A DNA stretch of 64,000 bases from an uncultured cyanobacterium. Lineage in GTDB: Bacteria; Cyanobacteriota; Cyanobacteriia; Cyanobacteriales; Nostocaceae. Position 1 is the first letter of the stretch. The number at the start of each line of letters is the position of its first letter. Of this stretch, positions 42,730-54,373 are shown piece by piece. Below the pieces are notes generated by a model that saw only the letters and a list, made by a program, of their open reading frames with translations, had not been told where the DNA came from and ran no database searches. A program made the position numbers and the translations under genes. The stretch is taken from contig OY970166.1 of the NCBI GenBank assembly GCA_963706595.1, positions 4,736,001 through 4,800,000 on the forward strand, written 5' to 3'.

Positions 42730-43389
42730 TCACGAAATGGCAGGTTCATCGGTTGTTTTTAACCGTTGCAAAAATTGTTCAATTTGAAAAACTCTGTCAT
42801 TTCTACTTTGTGATTTAAAGATATCTAAAGCTTTTTCTAAAGCAGCTATCCCCTCATTTTTTTGATTGCTTTGTAAAAGTGCCACGGCTGAATTAGCCAG
42901 AGCATCGGCATATTTAGGATTAATTGCTAAAGCTTTCTGATATGCTGTAATAGCTTCTTCCCAACGACTTTGACTAGCATAAACTAGACCAATACCGTTG
43001 TAAGCCAGAGCATGATTTGAATTGAAGCGAATGGCTTCTTGATAAGCCTTGATAGCCTCCTCTGCCTTATCTTGTCGAAATAAGACATTTCCTAATTCAA
43101 AGTGTCCAAAGGCGTATCTGGGGAATCTCTTAATTAATTTGCGTAAGTTTTCTTCTGCACCTGCGAAATCGCCCTGACTGGATAAACTTTTAGCTTGTTG
43201 TATCAGTTGCGATCGCTCTTCTGGCTGTGAACCGCCAAATTGAGCTATTTTTTCAACTCTACTGTTGACACGTTCGGGTGAATTGACAGGGACTTTTCCA
43301 GGATGCGCTAATGCTAATGGTGATAGAGCAATTGTAGTGACAATACTCAGCGTTATGTAGCTCAGAGTGGGAAAAAATCCTGATTTCAT
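42730..43389 (-). CDS. Secreted tetratricopeptide repeat protein
   Basis: Signal peptide followed by TPR units (EEAIKAYQEAI, EEAITAYQKAL). Confidence 0.88.
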   Translation of the reverse strand: MKSGFFPTLSYITLSIVTTIALSPLALAHPGKVPVNSPERVNSRVEKIAQFGGSQPEERSQLIQQAKSLSSQGDFAGAEENLRKLIKRFPRYAFGHFELGNVLFRQDKAEEAIKAYQEAIRFNSNHALAYNGIGLVYASQSRWEEAITAYQKALAINPKYADALANSAVALLQSNQKNEGIAALEKALDIFKSQSRNDRVFQIEQFLQRLKTTDEPAIS

Positions 43390-43464
43390 TTGGCTATTTA
43401 CCTCAATAATGTTCTATAGGTTCAAAATGAGTAGATATGGAGTAGGAAAGAAGAATCACCGATG

Positions 43465-43506
43465 AACCTCACCCCCAACCCCTCTCCTTGGTAAGGAGAG
43501 GGGAGA
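43465..43506. repeat. Dispersed CCCCTCTCCTT/AAGGAGAGGGG palindromic repeat
   Basis: AACCTCACCCCCAACCCCTCTCCTTGGTAAGGAGAGGGGAG; inverted copy at 59222-59263, relatives at 53698-53740 and 47330. Confidence 0.75.
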
Positions 43507-43543
43507 TTTAGATGTAGGGTAAAAAAATCGATTTGCAGGTTAT

Positions 43544-45514
43544 TTAAGCACCTTCGCGCAATTTATCTAAAACACTGCGATCTTCTAAAGTAGAAGTATC
43601 ACCAGATATCTCTTGACCGGATGCGAGATTCCGCAACAAGCGCCGCATAATTTTACCCGATCGCGTTTTGGGCAAAGCATCGGTAAAGCGAATTTCTCCC
43701 GGACGGGCGATCGCCCCAATTTCTTTGACAACGTGCTGCTTCAGTTCTTTACTCAGTTCCTCACTGGCTTGATATGTCCCTTCTAACGTAATAAAAGCCA
43801 CAACTTCTTCACCCTTAATTTCATCTGGCTTACCCACTACCGCAGCTTCCGCAACAGCTGGATGAGAAACTAACGCTGATTCGACTTCCATTGTTCCCAA
43901 TCGGTGTCCTGAGACATTCAAGACATCATCAACCCGACCCATTACCCAGAAGTAGCCATCTTCATCTTGTCTCGCACCATCACCAGCAAAGTAGATATAG
44001 TTACCATCTTTGGGGGGGATATGTTCCCAATAAGTGCGACGGAAGCGTTCTGGGTCATTATAAACTGTCCGCATCATTCCCGGCCAGGGATAACGTACTG
44101 CTAAATAACCGCCTTCGTTGTTGGGGACGGTATTACCTTCTAAATCAACGATATCTGCAAGAATACCAGGGAAGGGCAGAGTTGCTGAACCTGGTTTGGT
44201 GGGAATGGCTCCGGGTAGTGGTGTAATCATAATACCGCCGGTTTCTGTTTGCCACCAAGTATCCACAATTGGACAACGTTCACCACCAATGATTTTGTGA
44301 TACCACATCCAAGCTTCTGGGTTAATTGGTTCGCCCACTGTTCCTAACAATCGCAAGGAAGATAAATTACGGGCTTTGGGATGGTGTTCACCCATCTTGA
44401 TAAATGCCCGAATTGCCGTAGGTGCGGTATAAAAGATATTTACCCCATATTTCTCAATTACATCCCAGAAGCAGCCAGGATTAGACGCACGAGGCGCACC
44501 TTCATACATTAAAGTCGTTGCACCGTTGGAAAGTGGTCCGTAAACGATGTAGCTGTGTCCAGTAATCCAACCGACATCGGCAGTACACCAATATACATCT
44601 GTATCTTGCAAGTCAAAGATCCATTTGGTGGTGATATGACTGTATAAGTTATAGCCACCAGTGGTATGGACAACACCCTTTGGTTTGCCGGTGCTACCAG
44701 AAGTGTAGAGAACAAACAGCATATCTTCGCTGTCCATTGGTTCTGCTGGACAATCGGCTGATACACCTTTTTGTAAATCATGCCACCAATGGTCGCGCCC
44801 TGGTTCCATCTGTGTTTGCTGACAGGTGCGTTTGACTACTAGCACATCTGTAATGGAGGGGACAGCATGATCAGCTAAGGCTTTATCTACTTCTACTTTC
44901 AGGGGAACGATCGCATCTTTACGCCAACCACCATCAGCAGTAATCACTATTTTAGCTTCTGCATCGTTGAGGCGATCGCGCAAAGCTTCGGCACTGAAAC
45001 CACCAAATACGACGCTGTGGGGTGCGCCAATTCTCGCACAGGCTAACATGGCGATCGCCGCTTCGGGAATCATTGGCATATATATCCCAATGCGATCGCC
45101 TTTTTTCGCTCCCAATTGCTTCAGCACATTGGCAAACTGGCACACTTCCCGATGTAATTGGGCATAAGTTAGTGTACGAGAATCTCCTGGTTCTCCTTCC
45201 CAAATCAGCGCCGCCTTATTTTTGCGCCAAGTAGTCAGGTGTCGATCCAGACAATTATAAGAAATGTTAATTTTACCACCGCCAAACCACTTAGCAAAAG
45301 GTGGTTGCCAATCTAGCACCGTGTCCCATTTTTGGAACCAATCTAATTCAGTTTCGGCTAATTCTGCCCAAAATTGCTGCGGATTAGCTTTGGCTTTGTC
45401 GTATAATTGTTGATAGTCCGCCAAACTTTTGATTTGAGCGTTTTGAGCAAATTCGCTGCTAGGAGGGAATGAGCGCTTCTCTTGTAGGATTGATTCTATC
45501 GTTGGCTGAGACAT
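43544..45514 (-). CDS. acs: Acetyl-CoA synthetase
   Basis: [38 protein letters not shown]. Confidence 0.97.
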   Translation of the reverse strand: MSQPTIESILQEKRSFPPSSEFAQNAQIKSLADYQQLYDKAKANPQQFWAELAETELDWFQKWDTVLDWQPPFAKWFGGGKINISYNCLDRHLTTWRKNKAALIWEGEPGDSRTLTYAQLHREVCQFANVLKQLGAKKGDRIGIYMPMIPEAAIAMLACARIGAPHSVVFGGFSAEALRDRLNDAEAKIVITADGGWRKDAIVPLKVEVDKALADHAVPSITDVLVVKRTCQQTQMEPGRDHWWHDLQKGVSADCPAEPMDSEDMLFVLYTSGSTGKPKGVVHTTGGYNLYSHITTKWIFDLQDTDVYWCTADVGWITGHSYIVYGPLSNGATTLMYEGAPRASNPGCFWDVIEKYGVNIFYTAPTAIRAFIKMGEHHPKARNLSSLRLLGTVGEPINPEAWMWYHKIIGGERCPIVDTWWQTETGGIMITPLPGAIPTKPGSATLPFPGILADIVDLEGNTVPNNEGGYLAVRYPWPGMMRTVYNDPERFRRTYWEHIPPKDGNYIYFAGDGARQDEDGYFWVMGRVDDVLNVSGHRLGTMEVESALVSHPAVAEAAVVGKPDEIKGEEVVAFITLEGTYQASEELSKELKQHVVKEIGAIARPGEIRFTDALPKTRSGKIMRRLLRNLASGQEISGDTSTLEDRSVLDKLREGA

Positions 45515-45737
45515 AACTAACCTTTCCCTGTAATAGCGTTGTGACTGATAACTATCTTGTACTGAAATTTATGCACGATTGCTTTGAATTTCAATAAGAG
45601 ATACAGTATTTTAGGCATAAGTAATTCCACACCAACTGTTTTGGTATGGCAATTAGCCAAAAATTCTGATATCCTGCCCAGGATAGAATAGAATATACAG
45701 TCTATGGTGCATTGTTTTTTTACCAAAGCGTTAGTTA

Positions 45738-46448
45738 TTGAAAGTAGGGAATCGTTTGCAAGCACAAGAGATTAAGGATCAGTTAAAACACCTTATCGAG
45801 CAAGCTTCCTCGATAGACCCTAACTTGTCGAAAAAATTAGATGAAATTAATCGTTGGGTAAAAAATACTAGGCCAGGTTCCTTGACTGCGAAACCATTTG
45901 TCCTCGCCTTTCTCCTAGAAGTAATTACAGACTCTACCATTTGGCTGATGATTAAATCATCATCTTGTGAAGCAGAACAAAAAGCTAAGTTCGAGCAGAT
46001 GACTCCAAATGAGAAATATTGGTATGGCTGTCTTTTTCCCAGATGGATAAATGCTAATGACTCCAAATTTTACATTTGGAAACAAAAACTCATGGCAGGG
46101 GAATTTAATCAGGAAGATGATGATATCATTAAAGCTATAGCTCAAGATATTGTGCAGCGTGAAGGTAGTGTTTGGAAGCGTTATATTGCCGACCTGTCTA
46201 TGGCAACAGATTTGATTGTGAGTAGTCGTCAGCACAAACCACTATGTATTCAAGTTACCAGCGTATCCGAAGAGTTTAATCATCAAAAGTATCATTTTTG
46301 GCAAAACACACTGCATTCATGGGAAATCGAGAGAGGAATATTTTTAAGTTACAATCCCAAAGATGCCAATTTCATTCAGCAGTTAGTCAACATAGCACTG
46401 CATAACAGTGACTATCTTTCTGGTGGCAAGTATTTGAAATTTGATTGA
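45738..46448 (+). CDS. Hypothetical protein, possible PD-(D/E)XK-like C-terminal domain
   Basis: 236-aa ORF; D..MATDLIV...CIQVT pattern. Confidence 0.7.
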   Translation: MKVGNRLQAQEIKDQLKHLIEQASSIDPNLSKKLDEINRWVKNTRPGSLTAKPFVLAFLLEVITDSTIWLMIKSSSCEAEQKAKFEQMTPNEKYWYGCLFPRWINANDSKFYIWKQKLMAGEFNQEDDDIIKAIAQDIVQREGSVWKRYIADLSMATDLIVSSRQHKPLCIQVTSVSEEFNHQKYHFWQNTLHSWEIERGIFLSYNPKDANFIQQLVNIALHNSDYLSGGKYLKFD

Positions 46449-46519
46449 TACTCTCAACAGTTCAATAATTCCAGATTTGTATTTTTACCCTACATACTCA
46501 TCAGCTAATCATAGCTTTT

Positions 46520-46966
46520 ATGGCTCACCTACAAAAAACTCACAGCTACGAAACTCCTGTGGAAGAATTTGCTCAAGCTTTGACAACAGCGCGCAGAATG
46601 CAGCATGACTGGCTAACTTACGGGGTAGATTATGTTAATTTTTATGTTGAAGATGCAGATAGTAATTGGCTAGAAACTTGGGGAGATGAGGACATATTAG
46701 GGAATAGGTTATTAGATGATATTAAGGAATTTTTAGTCAGCAGTGATGATGTTGCGATCAGAATTAGGCAAAATTTAGGAGAGCGTTCTTTGTTTGATTT
46801 AGCTGTAAATTTAGAAGTATGTTGGAGAATTGGCGAAAGTAGTGACAGGTTATGTCTGGTGAGAAATCTGTTAGCTGGTGAGGACAAGAATGTTGATTTA
46901 AATAATGGGGAGTTATTAAATTTAGCAGAGAGTCTGTTGGAAAAATTGGCAGAGTTTTCTGAGTAA
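46520..46966 (+). CDS. Hypothetical acidic protein
   Basis: 148-aa ATG ORF, D/E-rich, co-oriented with 45738-46448. Confidence 0.7.
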   Translation: MAHLQKTHSYETPVEEFAQALTTARRMQHDWLTYGVDYVNFYVEDADSNWLETWGDEDILGNRLLDDIKEFLVSSDDVAIRIRQNLGERSLFDLAVNLEVCWRIGESSDRLCLVRNLLAGEDKNVDLNNGELLNLAESLLEKLAEFSE

Positions 46967-46974
46967 ATAGTTCA

Positions 46975-47640
46975 AGGTTCGTAGCGAGGACTTCAGTCCT
47001 CTCTATTTTTTTTAACGATAGCGTAGCGCATACCGCCAAGAACGTCAAGGAAGCAACAGAGAAAGAAGCCGAAAGTCAAAGGCTTATTATGTCAAGGGAT
47101 ATTTAAAGCGATCGCTCTAAATATCCTGAGAAAAATTTGAATTTTTTGGATTAAAATGTAGGTTTTCCATGACTTCTGTCCCAAAAATTATCCCTAATGA
47201 TATTGACAAATCCTCCCTCCTTATCGAATGAAACAGCCCTGCCCTTGAGAAGGGGGGAAATTTTCTTCAAGTCCCCCTTTTTAAGGGGGATTTAGGGGGA
47301 TCAAATCACTTGTGTGTACACCGTAGTTAGTAAGGAGAGGGAGCAGGAATAGTTGGGTAGTGGCGTGTTGTCGCGCAGCGCAACGCACCGGCAATAATTC
47401 CAGATGCGCTCACACCCCTACGAATAATTTATATTTCTTCATAAACGTATCTCAAGACATTTTCAAACCCAATATTTGCGTTGCTTTGTGGGGTTGCGCT
47501 ACGCTTAACCCAAGCTATTTTTCGAGTTTGAAAACAGGACTACCCTATCGCTCTTTGTCAGCCTACACGTAGCCTGTGTTTGCATCGGGGTTTAAATCCT
47601 CGTCGGAAACATCTTCAGTTTTGAATTGTGAATTGTGAAC
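46975..47640. repeat. Repeat-rich intergenic region (REP-like hairpins, CCCCCTTT/AAGGGGG palindromes)
   Basis: GTAGCGAGGACTTCAGTCCTC at 46981; CCCCCTTTTTAAGGGGG at 47273; GTAG-hairpin at 47357. Confidence 0.65.
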
Positions 47641-47726
47641 TCTCACACTCTGGCTGTAGAACAAGAGCATTTTGTTTTTAAACACTTCTTTATCATGAAA
47701 ACAAAGCCTGTCAATAAAATAGAGTA

Positions 47727-48902
47727 ATGCTAACCCATATTAAAGACTTAGCCACAAAATTAGCGCCTCGCTTAATTGAAATTCGCCGCCATATCCACTC
47801 GCACCCAGAACTCAGTGGTCAGGAATACCAAACATCTGCTTTTGTGGCGGGTGTGTTGTCCTCTAGTGGTCTCCATGTGCAAGAGGGGATTGGTAAAACC
47901 GGAGTGATTGGAGAATTGCCAAATAAGGCCACAAATGAGCGTGTATTGGCAATTCGTACTGATATGGATGCTTTGCCGATTCAAGAACGGACAAAATTAG
48001 AATATGCTTCTCGGACAGAAGGTGTGATGCACGCTTGCGGTCACGATGTTCACACCACAGTGGGCTTAGGAACTGCAATGGTACTGTCTCAAATGGCGGA
48101 GGAATTGGGCGGGAAAGTCCGGTTTTTATTTCAACCAGCTGAGGAAATTGCTCAAGGCGCAAGCTGGATGGTAAATGATGGGGCGATGGAAAATGTCTCA
48201 GCTGTATTAGGGGTTCATGTTTTTCCTTCTATCCCCGCCGGATCTATTGGTATTCGTTACGGCGCATTGACGGCTGCGGCTGACGATTTAGAGATTATCA
48301 TTATCGGAGAATCTGGACATGGGGCGCGTCCTCATGAAGCGATTGATGCCATTTGGATTGCGTCACAAGTGATTACTTCGTTGCAACAGGCTATTAGCCG
48401 CACACAGAATCCTTTGCGTCCTGTGGTGTTGAGTATAGGAAAGATTACTGGTGGCCGAGCGCCCAATGTGATTGCTGATCATGTACAGTTGTTGGGAACA
48501 GTGCGATCGCTTCACCCGGAAACCCGGAGTCAACTCCCTAATTGGATTGAAAATATTGTGGCTAATGTCTGCCATTCCTTTGGGGCGCGTTATCAAGTTA
48601 ATTATCGCCAAGGCGTGCCGAGTGTGCAGAATGATTATGCGATCACCCAATTATTACAATCATCGGCTGAAGAGGCCTGGAGTAGCGATCGCGTCCAAGT
48701 TTTACCTGAACCTTCTCTAGGTGCTGAAGACTTTTCCGTTTATTTAGAACACGCCCCCGGTTCCATGTTTCGCTTAGGTGTCGGCTACAAAGATAGAATT
48801 ATTAATCACCCATTACACCATCCTGAATTTGAAGTTGATGAATCTGCCATTATTACCGGAGTTGTAACTATGGCTTACGCCGCTTATAAGTATTGTCAGT
48901 AA
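47727..48902 (+). CDS. M20D family amidohydrolase
   Basis: HSHPELSGQE, RTDMDALP, MHACGHD, FQPAEE, GAEDF. Confidence 0.93.
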   Translation: MLTHIKDLATKLAPRLIEIRRHIHSHPELSGQEYQTSAFVAGVLSSSGLHVQEGIGKTGVIGELPNKATNERVLAIRTDMDALPIQERTKLEYASRTEGVMHACGHDVHTTVGLGTAMVLSQMAEELGGKVRFLFQPAEEIAQGASWMVNDGAMENVSAVLGVHVFPSIPAGSIGIRYGALTAAADDLEIIIIGESGHGARPHEAIDAIWIASQVITSLQQAISRTQNPLRPVVLSIGKITGGRAPNVIADHVQLLGTVRSLHPETRSQLPNWIENIVANVCHSFGARYQVNYRQGVPSVQNDYAITQLLQSSAEEAWSSDRVQVLPEPSLGAEDFSVYLEHAPGSMFRLGVGYKDRIINHPLHHPEFEVDESAIITGVVTMAYAAYKYCQ

Positions 48903-48982
48903 TTGGTGTTTAATCAGTAAAACCCACCTGTGTGGGTTTCACAACCTTTATTTCTAGTTAAACGGCTGATGATGGCCAATTA

Positions 48983-50038
48983 CTAAACATTCGCTCCGGT
49001 TTTAGCACCTCCCAATCTTGCTTGAATTTTGCTCTTAGCGGCTTTAAATTGTGTCGCCAGTTGTTCAGTTTGTTCAGAACTACAGTTGTTACGAATAGCT
49101 GCAAACATTGTGCTTTCTTCTTGACGAATATGATCGCCGACAAGATCCATCAAATTTCTGACTCTATCTTTAAATTCAGGCGCAGAGGGATTAATAGCGC
49201 GGATTTCTTCTAACCATCGTTTCATTTGGGCTTGTTCGTCATAAAGTTCTTGAGTATCAGCCTCACCGTAGAAAGAACGCACTCTGGGGTAAACTACTTC
49301 CTCTTCAGCTTCAGCATGAGCAGTTAAATCTTTGTAGATTTGACCGAAATACTCTTGAATCTTTTGCGGATCATTGCTTTGCAATAATTCTGTAAACAGG
49401 ATATTCACCTTATTGTGATCCATGCGAATCACATCCTGGATATTCATATCCTTTTTGTCGCTGGTTTGAGTCACAGCGCTACCTACAGCGCCACTAAAAG
49501 CGGCGATCGCATCTTGAACTCTTCCCCAAATCCCCTGGTCTGCATCTTGTCCAGTCAGTTCACGCACACCCAAAACTTCTAGAATACCTTTAAGCTGCTC
49601 TTGGTGAGCGCGGTTTTCAAAGTTAACAGTATTTAAAGGACTAATCGCCGCCATTACGTCAGCACCAACTTTTTGAGCAGCCTTGTGAATTGTAATCCCA
49701 GACATTACTTGTTGATGCTTTAACAATTCATGCTGAAATATTTTTTCATAGAAACTCAATTCAGAGCCTTGCATCAATTGACTGATTTTCTGGTACATTT
49801 CTTGAACTATTTTTTCTGGCTCTTTTTGGATACCATACTGAACCATCACAGTTTCTAGAACGCCTTGATTTTTCTGGTCATCTTCTAGCATCTTGCGGAT
49901 GCGATCAGAAATTTCGGCATCAGTTGATTCTCTTAAAAAAAGTTGCTCGTTTTCAAGGAACAACTGTTGGATTAATTTCATATTTGCCAATTTCATGGCA
50001 ATAGCATTTCTTTTGGTGTCATCTAATGTTGTCACCAT
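48983..50038 (-). CDS. Hemerythrin (HHE) domain protein with ferritin-like N-terminus
   Basis: RMDHNKV, HAEAEEEVVYP, HIRQEESTMF. Confidence 0.85.
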   Translation of the reverse strand: MVTTLDDTKRNAIAMKLANMKLIQQLFLENEQLFLRESTDAEISDRIRKMLEDDQKNQGVLETVMVQYGIQKEPEKIVQEMYQKISQLMQGSELSFYEKIFQHELLKHQQVMSGITIHKAAQKVGADVMAAISPLNTVNFENRAHQEQLKGILEVLGVRELTGQDADQGIWGRVQDAIAAFSGAVGSAVTQTSDKKDMNIQDVIRMDHNKVNILFTELLQSNDPQKIQEYFGQIYKDLTAHAEAEEEVVYPRVRSFYGEADTQELYDEQAQMKRWLEEIRAINPSAPEFKDRVRNLMDLVGDHIRQEESTMFAAIRNNCSSEQTEQLATQFKAAKSKIQARLGGAKTGANV

Positions 50039-50441
50039 GCTCAGTTCTCCTCTGAAAAGTGTTCGGATTATTACTCTGTTTCAGAGTGACATACAATTTA
50101 GGTAGATTCCATCTTACTTTTGAATGATCACTGGCGTAACTCTAGATAGAATCTTCAGATATTTACCACCACTAATTTCATACTTCTACTTGGCGAAAGA
50201 TAGCTTGATAAATTGGAATACATCGCTAGGTAGATAAAATTTCTAGGGTATTTTTCTAAATTGACTCAAGGATAATTAAATAGGACTTATAGCAATTTGA
50301 AAACATTGTGATTTATCGGCGTTGCTCGGCGGTTAATTATGCTGATTCAAACCAGATATAAATAAAATTGGAGACATTAATATTGTCCATTGAAGCCAAT
50401 AGTCAATAAATTGCTTTTAGCTAAAAATAGGATACTAAATA

Positions 50442-50990
50442 ATGGAAACTACAGGAACAGAACCCAATTCTACACCGTTCCCAAATATCCCACCGATTAT
50501 AGAAAGTGACGACAGAGAATATCGGGATAGTGGCGTACCCAGCACAGTGGCGATCGCGGGACATCCCCTACACCCCCTGACCATCATTTTTCCCATTGCT
50601 TTTTTAGCTGCTGCGTTGGGAAGCGACTTCGGCTATTGGTTAACAAATGATTTTTTCTGGGCTAGAGCATCCCTATGGTTAATTGGACTGGGACTTCTAG
50701 GGGGTATCATCGCCGCCATCACAGGGATGAGCGACTTTTTAAGAATTGAACGTGTTCGCAAGCGCACCGCCGGCTGGACGCATTTAATTCTGAACGTCAT
50801 GATTTTAGCCTTGACAGCCCTTAATTTGATTTTACGTCTCGGATCTCCAGAATCACGAATATTACCCTGGGGATTCTTTCTCTCCCTGGTAGTGGGTACG
50901 TTAACTAGCATCACGGGCTGGTTTGGGGCTGAACTTTCCTATCGACACAAAATTGGTGTAGTGGGTGCTGGTAGTAGAAGGTATCCTTAG
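50442..50990 (+). CDS. DUF2231 membrane protein
   Basis: GHPLHP..IFPIAF, WTHLILN, GWFGAELSYRH. Confidence 0.88.
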   Translation: METTGTEPNSTPFPNIPPIIESDDREYRDSGVPSTVAIAGHPLHPLTIIFPIAFLAAALGSDFGYWLTNDFFWARASLWLIGLGLLGGIIAAITGMSDFLRIERVRKRTAGWTHLILNVMILALTALNLILRLGSPESRILPWGFFLSLVVGTLTSITGWFGAELSYRHKIGVVGAGSRRYP

Positions 50991-51186
50991 AGGATGTTTT
51001 AAAAGTTTGAGGCGAATATAATATGGCTACGCTTCGCATTAGCGATACGCTACTACACAGGTAAAGTCCACCTGCGTAGACTAATACAAAATCAAGATTT
51101 TCAAACCCACGCAGGTGGGTTTCGTTTGTGTAGCCGCGACTTCCAGTCGCCAGGGCTGTAATAAATTAGACTTTTCAAACACATTC
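50988..51186. mobile_element. Nested MITE-like element containing a REPIN copy
   Basis: Imperfect TIR GAGGATGTTTTAAAAGT / ACTTTTCAAACACATTC around a homologue of 26313-26428 (51011-51151). Confidence 0.7.
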
Positions 51187-51306
51187 GTGCCACACTCATA
51201 GGAAGATTATTACTGGGTACTACCTTTGCTTGGTGGGATTTTCCTCATTATGTGTTGGGTTGTGTTTGCGGATATTTCTGGCTACAACAACTACAAGTAA
51301 TGAGAT

Positions 51307-51534
51307 ATGCAAAAAAGAGTTAAAGTTAAACCTAATTCCAAAGAACAAAAAATTGAAGAACAATCTGATGGTAGTTTGACTGTCAGGTTAAAGTCTCCGC
51401 CAGTAGATGGGAAAGCAAATGAAGAGTTAATTAAACTATTAGCTGAGAAATTTGATGTCCCTAAATCTCACATCACAATTAAATCTGGTTTATCCTCTCG
51501 GCAAAAGCTGATTGAAATTGATACAGATATTTAA
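51307..51534 (+). CDS. DUF167 (YggU-like) protein
   Basis: [27 protein letters not shown]. Confidence 0.92.
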   Translation: MQKRVKVKPNSKEQKIEEQSDGSLTVRLKSPPVDGKANEELIKLLAEKFDVPKSHITIKSGLSSRQKLIEIDTDI

Positions 51535-51591
51535 TTTTCCAGTTTTGTGTGGATGATTTATTAAATATTTCTGGAAAGAATACACAAGTAT

Positions 51592-52218
51592 TTATTCAGC
51601 AAAATTTTTATCTTGTGTAATCGAGAGATATCTAGGCTGAGATTTAACTCGTTCAATCCAAGCTTGGATAGCTGGGAATTTTGTTAAATCAAATCCACCT
51701 TCATCAGCCACATGAGTATAAGCAAACAAGGAAATATCAGCAATCGTATAACGCTCATTGACAAAAAAATCATGGGTCATTAAATGATTTTCCATAACCT
51801 TTAGTGCTGCATAACCAGGTTCACGTTTTTGCTCTATGGCTGGGCGATATTCTTCAGCTTTGCCTAAAATAGAGATCCAAAATCTTGATGTAGCGATAAA
51901 CGGTTCATGGCTATATTGTTCAAAAAATAACCATTGCAAGACTTGCGCTCTTAAAAAGCGGTCATACGGTAAAAATTCTGTGCCTTCACTCAAATACACT
52001 AATATGGCATTTGATTCTGCCAAATATTTGCCAGTGTTAACTTCCAAAACTGGTATTTTACCGTTAGGATTTTTAGACAAAAACTCTAGTGTACGTGTCT
52101 CTCCTTGCAAAATATTAATCTCTATTCTCTCAAAAGGTATACCCATTTGTGTCAATAATAGTCGGATCTTATAACTATTACCTGATGGTAAGAAATCATA
52201 CAATTTTAGTGTTTCCAT
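51592..52218 (-). CDS. Glutathione S-transferase
   Basis: SGNSYK, NPNGKIP, ESNAIL, TIADISL. Confidence 0.92.
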   Translation of the reverse strand: METLKLYDFLPSGNSYKIRLLLTQMGIPFERIEINILQGETRTLEFLSKNPNGKIPVLEVNTGKYLAESNAILVYLSEGTEFLPYDRFLRAQVLQWLFFEQYSHEPFIATSRFWISILGKAEEYRPAIEQKREPGYAALKVMENHLMTHDFFVNERYTIADISLFAYTHVADEGGFDLTKFPAIQAWIERVKSQPRYLSITQDKNFAE

Positions 52219-52436
52219 GTCAACAAATATAATTAATAATGAATGCCGAGATACGTGAGGGGCTAAAATACAATATATTACAAAATAATCTAAGGAAAAC
52301 AGGATAATTTTTATTTATTTTAAGTATATGCGTACAAGGCAAAAAAATCGAGAAAATAAAAAATCAGATAAACAATACTATTCTTGATTCCTTGTATGGA
52401 AAATTTTGATTTTATTCAGTGTAGTCAAATAAAAAT

Positions 52437-53150
52437 ATGTGTGGAAGATTTACTTTAAATCAGTCATCATCGGCTTTAGCCCAATTTTTTCTGGTAGAGA
52501 AAATTCCAGATTTAGCTGCTCAATATAACATTGCACCTACACAAAATGTGGCAACAGTGCTACATAATCCTCAAACTGACAAGCGGGAATTTCAGCAGTT
52601 ACGTTGGGGGTTGATACCCTCGTGGGCGAAAGAGCCAGGAATTGGTGCGAAGCTAATCAATGCGAGAGCCGAAACAGTTGCGGAAAAACCAGCTTTTCGG
52701 TCAGCATTCAAGCACCGACGCTGTTTAGTGCTAGCTGATGGTTTTTATGAGTGGAAACGGCAAAATGGTAAAAAGCAACCGTTTTATTTTCGGCTTTCGG
52801 ATGGACAACCCTTTGGCTTTGCGGGGTTGTGGGAAAAATGGCAACCTCTACAGGGAAAGCCTGACGATGAGGAAATTATATCTTGTACAATTTTAACAAC
52901 GGCAGCTAATGAATTAGTCCAACCAATTCATGATCGGATGCCAGTGATTGTGTCTCCACAAGATTACGATTTGTGGTTAAATCCCCAAATGCCAACACCA
53001 GAGCGACTACAGCAGCTATTGTGTCCATATCCCGATCAAGCAATGACTGGCTACCCAGTTAGTAGCTTGGTGAACAACTCTCGACAAAATAGTTCTGAGT
53101 GTATCATCCCTCTGGGTGAGGATAAATCACTTCCTGAGAATATCTTTTAA
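52437..53150 (+). CDS. SOS response-associated peptidase (SRAP/YedK)
   Basis: MCGRF N-terminus, YNIAPTQ, INARAET, GFYEW, IHDRMPV. Confidence 0.95.
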   Translation: MCGRFTLNQSSSALAQFFLVEKIPDLAAQYNIAPTQNVATVLHNPQTDKREFQQLRWGLIPSWAKEPGIGAKLINARAETVAEKPAFRSAFKHRRCLVLADGFYEWKRQNGKKQPFYFRLSDGQPFGFAGLWEKWQPLQGKPDDEEIISCTILTTAANELVQPIHDRMPVIVSPQDYDLWLNPQMPTPERLQQLLCPYPDQAMTGYPVSSLVNNSRQNSSECIIPLGEDKSLPENIF

Positions 53151-53166
53151 AACCATAGAAGCAAAT

Positions 53167-53688
53167 ATGCCAAGAACCCAAAAAAACGATAATTTTGTTG
53201 ACAAATCCTTCACAGTCATGGCGGATCTGATCCTGAAACTTCTGCCAGCCAACAAAAAAGCTAAAGAAGCATTTGTGTATTACCGCGATGGGATGTCAGC
53301 ACAGGCAGAAGGTGAATATGCCGAAGCTTTAGACTATTACGAGGAAGCTCTGACGTTAGAGGAAGACAGTTACGATCGCAGTTATATTCACTATAATATG
53401 GGGCTAATCTATGCCAGTAATGGTGATCACGATACAGCTTTAAAAATGTATCACCAAGCGATTGAAATGAACCCACGTTTACCCCAAGCGTTAAATAACA
53501 TTGCGGTGATTTACCATTATCAAGGCGAAAAAGCCAAAGAAGCCGGGGATAATGACGCTGGTGAAGCCCTGTTTGATCAAGCCGCAGATTATTGGATTCG
53601 CGCTATTCGCATGGCTCCCAATAACTACATTGAGGCTCAAAACTGGCTGAAAACCACTGGACGTATGCAAATTGACATATTCTTTTAA
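53167..53688 (+). CDS. ycf3: Photosystem I assembly protein Ycf3
   Basis: [34 protein letters not shown]. Confidence 0.97.
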   Translation: MPRTQKNDNFVDKSFTVMADLILKLLPANKKAKEAFVYYRDGMSAQAEGEYAEALDYYEEALTLEEDSYDRSYIHYNMGLIYASNGDHDTALKMYHQAIEMNPRLPQALNNIAVIYHYQGEKAKEAGDNDAGEALFDQAADYWIRAIRMAPNNYIEAQNWLKTTGRMQIDIFF

Positions 53689-53761
53689 TATAAGAAAGAA
53701 CCCCACCCCCAGCCCCTCCGGTGCAAGCGAGGAGGGGAGCAAGATGTGGATAATCTAGAAT

Positions 53762-53793
53762 GGTGCGTTGCGCTACGCGACAACACACCCTAC
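53762..53793 (-). repeat. GTAG-type REP-like element
   Basis: GGTGCGTTGCGCTACGCGACAACACACCCTAC, identical at 55471-55502; variant at 47357-47389. Confidence 0.8.
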
Positions 53794-53963
53794 AAAAGTA
53801 GAACCCCACCCCCAGCCCCTCCCATATCAAAGGTTTATCGTTTTCTTCCCAGCGTTGCGGGGGGATTTCGGGGGGTCCGAGGAGGGGAGCAATATCTAGT
53901 TTTGGCGGGGTGTATTTTTGTTGAGAATTAACCAGAGGAAAGAAAATTAAGGATTGAGAAACC

Positions 53964-54254
53964 ATGATTGACCGCGAACAAGTTCACAAAGTAGCTCTTT
54001 TAGCTCGTTTAGAATTGACTTCAGAAGAAGAGGAGCAATTTACTACCCAATTGGGAAGTATTCTGGATTATATTGAACAGTTGAATGAAGTAGATGTCAC
54101 TGATGTGCTGCCGACAACACGGGCAATTGATGTCAGTAATGTGACTCGAAAAGATGAGTTACAACCATATCCGGAGCGAGAAGCGATCCTGAATGGTGCG
54201 CCTGAACAAGAAGGCGAGTTTTTCAAAGTACCCAAAATTATGAATAGCAATTAA
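53964..54254 (+). CDS. gatC: Asp/Glu-tRNA amidotransferase subunit C
   Basis: [28 protein letters not shown]. Confidence 0.96.
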   Translation: MIDREQVHKVALLARLELTSEEEEQFTTQLGSILDYIEQLNEVDVTDVLPTTRAIDVSNVTRKDELQPYPEREAILNGAPEQEGEFFKVPKIMNSN

Positions 54255-54373
54255 ATCAGTGAACAGTGAACAGTGAACAGTTATCAAGCAGATTTAGTCA
54301 GAAATTTCTACCCAATGATGTCTCTTAACTGATAACTGATAACTAATAACTGATAACTGAAAAGGAGATATAT

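Noticed and set aside
43891..45234. Short antisense or alternate-frame ORFs within acs, and similar ones in nadB, ampG, aroA and others
   Set aside because: Shadow ORFs fully overlapping well-supported genes
53603..53965. ORFs 53603-53965 (-) and 53746-53931 (+)
   Set aside because: They read through repeat-rich intergenic DNA or antisense to ycf3
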